Source of the DNA: Orbicella franksi
Taxonomy: Eukaryota
NCBI GenBank assembly: GCA_964199315.1
Contig: OZ116711.1
Span: 3,596,001-3,660,000 of the forward strand
Length of the DNA stretch: 64,000 nucleotides
Direction: 5' to 3'
In this document: positions 21,917 to 32,314 of the stretch, one piece after another
How positions within the stretch are numbered: the stretch's first letter is position 1
How the letters are laid out: each line of letters opens with the position of its first letter
Made by a program: the position numbers and the translations under genes
The notes under the pieces: generated by a model
Databases searched by the model: none
What the model was told of the DNA's origin: nothing
The model's input: only the letters and a program-made list of their open reading frames with translations

Positions 21917-24109
21917 AGGCGCCGGCGTAGTGACACACACTAAAATAGATTTACTTGAATGAAGGAAGAGAGACGTCTAATTTAAATCTCCTATAAAAGA
22001 TTGATCAGATGAATACAATGTGGACGAAAAACACAGGCAAGAGTCGAACACAAATACGAAATTGTTTTGTTCCTTTTTTTTGAAATAAGTGGCCCGGGAA
22101 TATTAATTTAGCCTCTTCTTTTGTGCTAGCACGTATCGGCTTACTGCTTCACTTATGCAGCATTATAAAATATCAATAAAAAGAAAAAAATATTGTTAAT
22201 GCCGCAAGATTGTCATAACAAACTCTCGCTTCTCACGCGCTGTTACTAGCTGCCACGTAGATTTTGAAAGTCTTCATAATGGCTGCTGAGGATTTGTTGG
22301 TAAATCAAGACATTCTCAACAGCCAATGCGTCATCTGCCTGTTTGTTAATGTATGTGGAAACCAATCACTCCAATATGATAATCTATTACCCTTATAAAA
22401 TTTTAGATTTCGATCAGGGGAACCTTCTCAGTACTCAACTTTAATCCTCATTGCATGTGGAAAGAAGTTAGTACACAATATTTAGAAAGTACTCAAAGAA
22501 AATGGAAGCAATTTCTGTCTTCGTTCAAAAGTCAAGTGATACTTGCTTGCCTTGTTTTCGCTTTTTAAAAGGAGAAAACAAATCTCACAAGTACTCGATC
22601 GCAGCCACCTTAAAAAGGTCAGAACGGCACATGAAATCCTTAGTGTTCTTAAAAACCTTCTACATATGTGTTAGTTGAGTTCGCATGACGAATATTAACA
22701 TCTTTGAAAGCTTTTGTATGAGTTCCTTAATGCAGTAAAGGCCTGCCAACCTGAGCTTTCTAAACACCATACAAAACTAAAAGCGCGACAAAACGACCCA
22801 CAACTGTAACTGACTTACTTTGTAACAGAGACGTCTTGCCGGCCGGCTCCAAGCAAACTCTGCTTCAAGGGAACTCCCCTACTAGTAGATAAAGTAAAAC
22901 AAAGGCGAGTTCAAAAAAGAATGCTGTAGATCAGAAGTAATGAAATATGCTCAAAGCAATTTCGGCCTCACTTAATTATCTTTCCCCATAATAAGATATA
23001 TAAAGCAAGCTCGAAGCAGAACCTCCCCTTTAGGTAGATTAAGTGAAAGTATGTTACTTTTGACTTAATTGCGCCGAAGTCCCTCAAAAGTGTTCGAAAA
23101 TTTCAGTCGAATGGAACTTAGTGAGGTTCAGTTAGAGAATCGAAACCCTCAAACCGGCACATCTGCACCAGCAGTACCTTATGAGGCAAGATTTACCTTT
23201 AGCGACTTGCTTCTAGCGTACGATCATGAACACAAAGATGTAAGTTTGCCAGCTAGTCAAAGGTTAAAGGCATCGAGTTGACAGTCAAAGCGTTACGGCT
23301 TAGGACGCAACTTCAAAACAGATGTACAGTTATATGGGCGTTACTCGGAAGCAGGCATGTGTATTGTCAATACCTGCGTAATTATGAGAGCGTACAACAT
23401 TTCCCTCTGACATTGACCCACAACTAAGAAAAGAAGCGTTGAGCTGAAGGTTTATCGTGAAAAAAATTCTTATGAGTCGTCAGACCACCATGGTATTGAA
23501 AAAGAAAAAATAAAGAAAACTTTTCAGGTCGATTTTCCGAAGGTCAAAAGCACTCGGCACTACATAGCTCACAACAAAAGCTTGCTTGGAGCTACGAGCA
23601 TGGCACAACGCACGTTTATAATTCAGCGCTTACCTCGTAAACTAGATTGTTCCTTTCACCTGGATTGAAAGAACTCTTGATGAAGTCTTCTATTTCAAGA
23701 ACACTCTCGAGTCTTCTATCATCAGTGACAAGCACGGTTTTTTAATTATTGTTTGCTTTGAATTTCCTTCATGTCGTTTTAAAAATTTTACCCAGGTTTG
23801 ATTAATTTCATGCCGCGTTTAGGTGCAGAAAAAATGATCAGAATTTAACTAGACCTGTCATGATGATTTCTAACTTAAAAGATATGTTATTTATTTAATG
23901 GTCAATACAAAGCATTCAGTTACAGATAAGCAATTTATCACATAGTTTAAAAGCACGGACTATTCTTATTGGATGGTATTTCTTTTTGTCTCTTTGTTTT
24001 CTGGCTCTTGGCCATCATTGTTAAATTCGGTGACCTTGGGATCAACTAAAGAAAACAACATTTAATACTTGTCATACAGGGGCATACAGTAATGAACGAC
24101 GCGTGCTTC

Positions 24110-24380
24110 CATATGGAACCGTCTGCACCAAAAAATTCCATCGGGACTCCCAGGAGTTCCTCTGCTGGGTCCCCGAGGAGCCTTTCCCCCTATTCCCTCA
24201 ACACATTCTCAAGTTTAGAACCGTCTTTTTCGTTTCTCGATGTCAAGGGACAATCCTTTGTCGGGCTCGACCACAGGGAGCCGTCTGCACCCAAAAAATT
24301 CCATCGGGACTCCCAGGGGTTCCTCTCCTGGCCCTCGAGGAGCCTTTCCCCCATTCCCTGAACACACTCTCAAGTTTGCG
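24110..24380. repeat. Direct repeat, two ~105-bp copies ~160 bp apart
   Basis: ccgtctgcac(c)aaaaaattccatcgggactcccagg...gaggagcctttcccc...aacac(a)tctcaagttt occurs twice. Confidence 0.9.
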
Positions 24381-24956
24381 ACCCTCCTTTTTGTTTTTCC
24401 ATTCAGATATTGTTTTGTTAAGGTAAAAGTAGAAGAGTGGATGATACCTAATCTGGTCTAATCTGAAGCATTAAGTCAATCCGAAATTCTCAAGGTAATC
24501 TTCTTATTTCAATACCTGACATCTTTGTATTCCTTTATTTTGTTCAAAACGTATTCCTGTTATGAGCAATTAATTATTATAATTATGAGTGAATATAACA
24601 AAAGTTTGTTGAAGGGAATATAATAGACATAATAGGCTTGAATCTTCCTTTCTTTAAATAGGCTTTTCTGTCTCTAATTTTTAATGTTGGGCAAATACCG
24701 TTTTTCTGAATATCTAACGGCTTTATGTTGTTTTTCATAGCTACGTTTAAACAACTGCAATTTGCAGAATTCTGTTTCTAATCCGACTCACAGCAATGTC
24801 ACTTCTTAGAAGTTGTTCATCTCTACAGGTCTACGCGAGTCATATGCACATGACTTGCGGTATAAACTGTAGCTGAATGTTACACTACAAAAACGAGTCA
24901 GTGCATTCTTGTCTTCATCGAAAGCGACCCTTATATTTGGAGTACATGAAGTATTA

Positions 24957-25133
24957 CTTTGTTCCCTCCACGGGGAACTACACAAGAGTCTTGTGTGAGT
25001 AGGCTGTGTTCCCTCTCGTACTACACTATTGAATACCCTGTGTTCCCTCTTGTACTACTCTAATGGATGCCCTGCGTTCCCTTTTGTACTGCACTATTGG
25101 GTTCCCTGTGCTCCCGCATGTTCTACACAATTG
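24957..25133. repeat. 34-bp tandem repeat (4 units from 25004) plus left arm of an inverted repeat pairing with 25927-25991
   Basis: Units start ctgtgttccc-like at 25004, 25038, 25072 and 25106. The reverse complement of 24957-25021 matches 25927-25991. Confidence 0.85.
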
Positions 25134-25704
25134 TTGACTTCGTCAGAAAAATTCTGACACTGCCGCCAAGATTACGAGTTACAAGGGGAGCAGGTCTTCG
25201 TCTTCTTCTTCTGAATCCCATCTGACTACAAGACAAAGCCAGAGCTAGACAAGTCAAAACGGTAGTGGCTGCGAACAATCCCGCTAAAATAACCAAGTAG
25301 AGGCGCGGTATAAAAGGTTCCTTGTGGTCTGAGGGCAAGTGTTTACACGTCTTCCCATCACACTCTTGTACACATCGTTTGGCGCTGCACTTAAACGAGC
25401 ATGCTCCGGACAAACACTGCTGATTGCAATAATCGACGTCACTGGTGCATTCCATCTGGCAGTCATGACACTTTTGATGACAAGTCCCGGATGAGCACGT
25501 GATCTCCTTGCACTTGTTACGTTCGCAAGTTTGGCTACATTCAGTGTAAACATAATCTCTGTCACTTGATGAACATTTACATGAAGTGCTGTTACACTGT
25601 TGAAAGCACGTGTTTGATAATATCGAGTTGCATTTTTCGGTCGGCGATGACTGGACGGTCAAGGCGAGTTGGAAAACAGCTGAAACCAAGATGATCCTTA
25701 GCAT
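25123..25704 (-). CDS. Cys-rich type I membrane protein, paralog 3, 193 aa
   Basis: Signal peptide, the same 20-Cys scaffold, TM LYLVILAGLFAATTVLTCLALALSC and juxtamembrane RRRRRR. Acceptor tttctccag 8 nt before the ATG. Confidence 0.88.
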   Translation of the reverse strand: MLRIILVSAVFQLALTVQSSPTEKCNSILSNTCFQQCNSTSCKCSSSDRDYVYTECSQTCERNKCKEITCSSGTCHQKCHDCQMECTSDVDYCNQQCLSGACSFKCSAKRCVQECDGKTCKHLPSDHKEPFIPRLYLVILAGLFAATTVLTCLALALSCSQMGFRRRRRRPAPLVTRNLGGSVRIFLTKSTIV

Positions 25705-25926
25705 TTTATCGTCTGGAGAAAGGAAAAAAACACAATTAACATGAATGCTGTCAAGCCCTCGACCTCGTTCTCAGGGTCGCTGGGTACGTCAAGACGAGAG
25801 GCGCTGGGAACTAGGTTGTCTGGACTATGCTCCCCAAGTCCCACCCATGACTATGAGTCTCCACTCACGGGAGGGGTCCGTTGGCGGTGATTCAACTGTG
25901 TAAAGACTACGCGAAAACACCGAGGA

Positions 25927-25991
25927 GTTCAGAGCGAACACAGGGTACTAACACAAGACTCTTGTGCAGTTTCCTGTGGAGGGAGCAGAAG
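25927..25991. repeat. Right arm of inverted repeat pairing with 24957-25021
   Basis: agagcgaacacagggtactaacacaagactcttgtgcagtttcctgtggagggagca versus the reverse complement of the left arm, agagggaacacagcctactcacacaagactcttgtgtagttccccgtggagggaaca. Confidence 0.85.
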
Positions 25992-27339
25992 TCTGGCATG
26001 GCACAAAGTTAAGATGCTATTAAAAACGCTCACTAGCATTTTAAATTCAAGTGGTCAACAATTATTTCTTCTTCAGTTCAGTGCAAAATCAGTACACTTC
26101 CATGCAGAGAGGTAACGAGAATAAGACGAGATGTCTTGATGAGATATCAAAAGTTCTCGAAACTGTGCATAAAGGGAATGATATGTATAGCAATCAGAAT
26201 TTCGAGCGTAGAAGATTCTTAGGGTGAAAGTTATCATAGCATATGAAATGAAGATTTGGCAAGATTCCTAAAGTAAGAGACGATGATATATTTAGACTGA
26301 TCGGGATAATTTATTCGAACTTTAGCCCATCACGCAGATGTTTGGCTGCCAGACCGTTTTCCTCTTTCCCCAGGCCTCCCCTGTTTTTCCAATCCAAAAT
26401 GGCGCTCGCGGCGTTGTTGGGTTGAAGCTCAGAAAGTTTGCTTAAAACTGAATCATTCGCCATGATTTTTGTCTAAAATTTGCTCTTCGTTTGGTGCGAA
26501 CGTACTGAATAAATCCTACAGCTGCTCTTTGTCCAGTAAGGATATGCCCGTTATTGTTCATCAACTGTAGCTATCTTTCCTGGCTTCCGGGAAGACTTGG
26601 TAATTAACTTCTCGTAAAAGATGTCGGAATGCGGAATGGTTTGTAATCAGGAAACAGGGCAATGCCAATCGGTTTTTATGCGATCTCGATCAGTGCGCAG
26701 GGATCTGATGGAGCCCAAAATAACTGTGATAAACAGAAAATAGACAGCCAATGTAGATAAAAATTATTCCTTTAATTTAGAATATCCCATTACTCAGTCA
26801 ACAGCTGGTAAAAAAATTCTCGAAATTTTCGTTCTCTGCTCCAGGGTAAACATGAACAGCCTCCTTACTGTTTACCAGGCATCTGGGCAAGTGTATACAC
26901 GAACCGAATCAAACTTTTAATCAAAAAGCGTTATTACTAATTTGACAGATCTGGTTGAACGTTTCAAAAAGAAGATAAAATCTAGTCGACAGAGGATCAA
27001 AAAACCAAAACCGCTCGGAAACTGATAGTACATGTTTGGCCCTATCCGCACTGGCAAAAAAGTTATGTAGCGATGAGTTTTCTATATTTTGGTGTTGTGT
27101 TTCTTCCACATGTATAGTGTTCGATGTAGAATAAAAGATGTACCGTCTTTGCCAAATCCTATTGTTTCTTCTAATACTTATAAACTAGATACCGCAGGCA
27201 TAGTTTACTAGTGAGAATCTTGAATCGTGAGTGATTGTTTATACTGGCTGGTTCGTTAATCTCTGGGAAACGTCCCTCATTGCGTAAATCTGCTTGAGAT
27301 AAGCTTAAAGAAGCTTCAAACAAGTACAAAATCCTTCCG

Positions 27340-29700
27340 TTTAAATATCATTGTTGATAGTGACAATGCAATGCGGTGTGAGGCACGGCATTCTTTTCGC
27401 GCTCAATCTTCTCTCTCGGGTAATACCGTCTTTGCAGAGTTTGTATCGACTGTAGTTGAACTCGAGATTGACAAAGACATGCACGCAGACTTCCGTGACT
27501 GAGAATGGTGCAAAGTTTAACCTCGTCACGGGGAAACTACCTGATCGCACGCTGGCGTAAAACATGTTTAGGAAATGCTCACATTACCCCATTGAGTAAA
27601 ACACAAGTCGCGAACTCTTATCATTCTCTTGAAACCTAACACGCAAAGACGAACATGTAAAAGACACCTCATAACTGTTGTTCTTATAGGGAAAACACAC
27701 CATTTTTTTCGAGTAATTCGAAGCACACAATTTCGTCGCTCGTGCACCTTGATGCTAAAGGTAACAGCATCGAAACAGCACCTTCCGATTTGAATTTTGA
27801 GAGCCTGTGAAATCTCACTGTAGCTATCAGACCTTTGACTATTGTTCGTAATTGTTCGGTTTTCATTTTTTAGAGACAATGCGTCTTTTGTTGGGAGCCA
27901 TATTGGAAATATTACGTGTTTAAAGTTAGGAGCGATTAAACATACTTGCTGGGCCATCCCAAAACTGGATAAATCGACAAACAGAACATTTACCTTGATT
28001 TGAATAAATTCCTCCGGCTCTAACGGTCTATTGAGTCAAGTTCAGGCTGACATATGTACACTTGTTTGTACAAAAGAGCTGTGAACAATGGCCTTTGTGA
28101 GGATTAATAAGCCGGCCGGGGGCTTGGCATCTGTCTGTCATATGTCTCTTCCAAACAAACCGCATACAACGTTCATTGTCTTTGTCAAAAATCGATGGAA
28201 AGTTCGAAAAAGGTTGTTTTGAAGTGAGAGAAATTCCACATCTACGATTTTTCCATCGAGTTGGTGTACTTTTCTTGAGATGGGCAGTTCGCCAGAATTT
28301 TCGTGGCCAGCTCCTTTGATACCGGGTCACGGCTTCTAGTTACCATGGTTTTAACGTAATTTCAAAAACATGCACGGTTTGGGGGTCCAAAGATCAAAAA
28401 AAAAAAAAGAAAGAAAGAAAGAAAGAAAGAAACTTTGACCGAAAGCTCTAACCGAACCAGAAAGGGTCTATTTCTCGATAAAGTACGCCAATTCTGGAAT
28501 AACGAATAAAACATATTGTCATCGATGACTTTAAAAATAAAGTACAAAAAACAAAGGGAAGTTTCAGTTTCAATGGGCATTCCAGAATTTTTGGAATTTT
28601 TTTCGCACATTCATAAAGGCAGAACAAATATCATACTGCTTGTTAGTCTACAACAGATGAAAGGATTACTTTTTTAAACCAGAAAAGAAAGGGGTTTTAA
28701 AGTTTTAAAATCCTCAGTGGCATCCACAAATTATATTAAAACATGATTGTTCCCGGCTGCTGAAGGATACCGGTGACCTTTAATTTCCTTCCTTTGCTCG
28801 GACATTTCCTCGAATATTAACGACTCTGTTCTCTGATTAATTCTAAACACTTTCCCCACGCACGTTTATAAAGTATTGTCGTTGGCATCGTCGTTGAGGA
28901 AGAGAAATTCACGTGATAAAGGATTTCTTGCAGACACTGTCTTGACTTCAACGAGCCCCAATAAATTTGAGAATTTACAAAATACATTCCCGAATTATTG
29001 AAATTTTTCGCAAAATCGTCTAAAAGCAAACAGCACCGCATAAAAATCTTGATCAATGGCAACTGTTTGAAAGATCAAACTTCAAGATGCATAAAACCAC
29101 CGCATCAACCCGGTGTTTCTCTGAAAATAAAGAGTTCCGTTTGCATTGCGTTTTGCATTACCTTCAAACCGAGAGAAACCCGCACAATCACGGTCGTTTA
29201 CTTCAGTATGAAGAAACAAACAGAAGATTAGGGAAGATACCTGAAAATTTTTGGCAAATATTTTAATCTTTTGGGGGGCGTTGTAACGTCTGGACCGTGA
29301 AAACTCTTCAACCGGAAATAACCTCATCAGAAACCGTACATCGTTCAAACAAAACCAGAATCTTTTAAGATGTTCTTTCTGTATTGAAATTGCACGTGAT
29401 TACACACTTGGTTCTAGCATAGCAAAATTGCCAAGACTTACCGATGGGTGCAACGCACAGCTCCAGATAGATCAAGTGATTTTCACCTGAACTTGATCAC
29501 GAAGGCTAAGATCTGTTGTTTCTTCCAAGTGCTTGTAAGATTGAACTCCTTTACCTTGGTGAAGAAGTATGTCGGTGGAGATGCCAGTTAAGATATCTCT
29601 TTGATGGTTTCCAGAAAGGTTTTTGACGGACTGCCAGAAGGTCCAGAAGCGTCAAATGATCATACAATTGTCAAAGCACGTACAAACAAAGTTCGCTGAC
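27340..29700 (-). pseudogene. Decayed LRR gene remnant upstream of paralog 3
   Basis: Fragments VKNLSGNH (~29610), KSLDLSG (~29470), RLKYLPKIFRYLP (~29230-29270), LKFDLSN (~29070), RVVNIRGN (~28810), VEFLSLQNNLFRT (~28200-28240), and LRRCT-like WKRHMTDRCQAPGRL (ORF 28028-28330). Confidence 0.42.
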
Positions 29701-30499
29701 CCGTTTCGTGAAAGAGGTCAGACTGTGCTGTTTACAGTACGTGAAAATTCTATCGGTTTTTTCTCTCTGTCGAAAGCTCAGTTAATTCAGTTTACCAACT
29801 TTAGATACGACCGAGAAATACCCAGACGTTTTTTAAATAAACCTTCCTTCAAGACGTTGTACTCAACAAATCAAAGAAGAATGGCATCAAACTGTTGACA
29901 GATTCGAGAAGAAAAGAAAGATAAGCTTTTCAGTCACGTGAATTTGAAATTTCCTCGTGATCTGCAAATGTTCTCTCAAAAAATGGCGGGACAAGTCACG
30001 CGTGACGGAAACTAACCAATCAGAACTAATCACGTTCAGAGTCGTACCCAGTCTTCGTTTTTCAACGGAGAGGGCGGCGGTGAAGTAGACTTCTCAGCCG
30101 AAATCAAAAACGAATATATTGTTAGACATTTTGTTATTGTTGCATATTTTCACGAGTAGCCCAACTGACGGGCAGAAAGAAACACCGACCAATAGAGATT
30201 CGACGGTTTCTTTTCCAATATCCAGTCTTTAAAGCTTTTTGGCACTTTTGTATCAAGCCGTTTTCTCAGAGTACAAATATCGTGAGACATTTGCAGCTAT
30301 CTGTACTCGCTTCACACGTTACCTGCGGATTTTGTCTTATGCTGAACCAAGAAAGGATGATCATCTTCAGCTGAGCATACTAACACGGTCAACAATTTTC
30401 TTGTACTCGAAGTATTTTCGAAAAGGCTTTACTATTTAAGGGGCCCGCTGAACTCTTCCGCGCAAGTGTGGCGAGTTGAATATTAGACCGTCGTTCCAA

Positions 30500-30587
30500 T
30501 AGCCTGCAGAACAGGCGGATTAGCGTGTGTCGCGTTTCGCTCTAGCGTTTCGCTATCTGCCCCGCTAATCCGCCTGTTCTGCAGACT
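30500..30587. mobile_element. 88-bp MITE, TAG...CTA ends, 26-bp TIR, perfect 9-bp TSD
   Basis: TIR tag(c/t)ctgcagaacaggcggattagcg. TSD tcgttccaa at 30491-30499 and 30588-30596. Confidence 0.92.
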
Positions 30588-32113
30588 ATCGTTCCAATTT
30601 CCAAAGTTGGGCTCGGTGACGGAGGATAATCCTTCTCCCACCGAGATCAATCTTGTGGGACCTGCCGTGAAAGTTATCGTAACTATATTCTAGAGGATAT
30701 TTGTCATTTGTGGAGTGTTTTCACAGCATTGTTTTTTTGTGAGTGTCGTAGAGAAATCTGACGTTCCGGCGGGAAGTGTACAAAGCGGCTTGTTCCACAC
30801 GAAGGGTCGAATGCGGGAAGAAAGTTGCAAATTATCTCGGACAGCCATGGTAAGGGGTCATTCGTGAGCTTCCAGTGTCAATAAAATGCGCAATATATAT
30901 CAGCTTATATCGTGACACAAACCTCCTTATGGCAAGTCACGTACTCCTCCCCAGGGACCGCTAATCGCGACACAGGGAAAATATTTTACGTAAGCATAGT
31001 TCGGCTTTAGGGAGACGAAAAGGGCCTATTTCATCGGATCTTGTTGAATTCAAAACCGAAGTAAACTTACCCGACGAAGCAACTAATTTGATAATTTTAT
31101 TTTTTTAAACCTTTAACACCACTCTCTCGACTTTTCTGCGTCCAAAAGTTATAGCTTCTGTTTCTTTGGACTGGGTCAGAAGTCCTGAGTATTAACCATT
31201 TGGTAATTCTCCCCATTTTCATATCAGCAGGTCGAGGTTGCATTGTCATTTTATTTTTTCTCAGATTTATATCTCAAATTACTTTTCTAATTTTATCATT
31301 TTAATACTTTATTTACAAAATCTCCCATGTTGTTAGATTCTAGCTAATTTTTCAGATACAAAAGGGATGAAATCTTTGAAGGTTTAATATTGAAATCCTT
31401 GGCCTTATGTTTTCTCTTAAACTAATTGGCTAATATGAGTTGTTAGTATGGTTGTACCAAATAATATAGTCTATATAAACTTTAATATGATAGATCACAA
31501 ATTAATTTTCTTCTAATAAGTCTTAAACTGAACCATGCAGCGTAGCCTTAAAGGAGCTCAGGCACAGCATTCTGAGTTATTTTAGCCGCGTACAAAATTA
31601 CCTTTAAATCGAAGGACACCTGAAAATAGTAGTTTACTAAGAATGAAAAGCACTAAAAAAATATTAATAAAACATAAAGGAACAATTATAGCTACGGTTG
31701 GAGAAGATTAACGCGGATTACAAGCGACGAACTTGAAAAAATTAGGCTGAACTTTTCAAGAAGTGCAAACCGTGACGTAACACCTCTATAACTACCAGCA
31801 TTACACTCACCCTTTTATGCCTCAAGCTATGACGCTAAAATCTTAGGAATTTTATCGCCATATTCTTAATATTGGGGTAGTGTAATATTTTCTTATATTT
31901 ATTTGAGTTGTATATCTACTATTCTCTACTTGGTTTTTTCCCAGCGTTTGTGGGTGAAGCATTTATGTATTTTTACTGATATTTATATTTAAATATTTTT
32001 AACATATTTTATTTTTAATTGATATTTACTTACATTAGTTCTTTTCAATGTTTCGTTATTTTACTCTACTTATTGTCAAGCGTTTTATACATCAGCTTCA
32101 CACGAGCCTCCAG

Positions 32114-32201
32114 CAACCTTGATCCCAGTTTCTCTCTCCTTTGCGTCCCTTGTCGAAATCAGGCAAAGGAGAGAGAAACAGAGAGTCTGGGATCAAGGTT
32201 G
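32114..32201. mobile_element. 88-bp MITE, CAACC...GGTTG ends, eroded 9-bp TSD
   Basis: 15-bp TIR caaccttgatcccag. Flanks agcctccag / agcctctgg (7/9). Confidence 0.8.
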
Positions 32202-32314
32202 AGCCTCTGGCTCGGATCTGGAGGGCAACCTCAGCCCACGTTTTGACACTAATAGATTGATGATTTATTGATTGATTGATTGTCTCTTTGATCTTTATCA
32301 CTACATCATGTTCT

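Noticed and set aside
25284-25565. 93-aa ORF overlapping paralog 3 (likewise 32455-32667)
   Set aside because: Alternative-frame shadows of the real Cys-rich exons.
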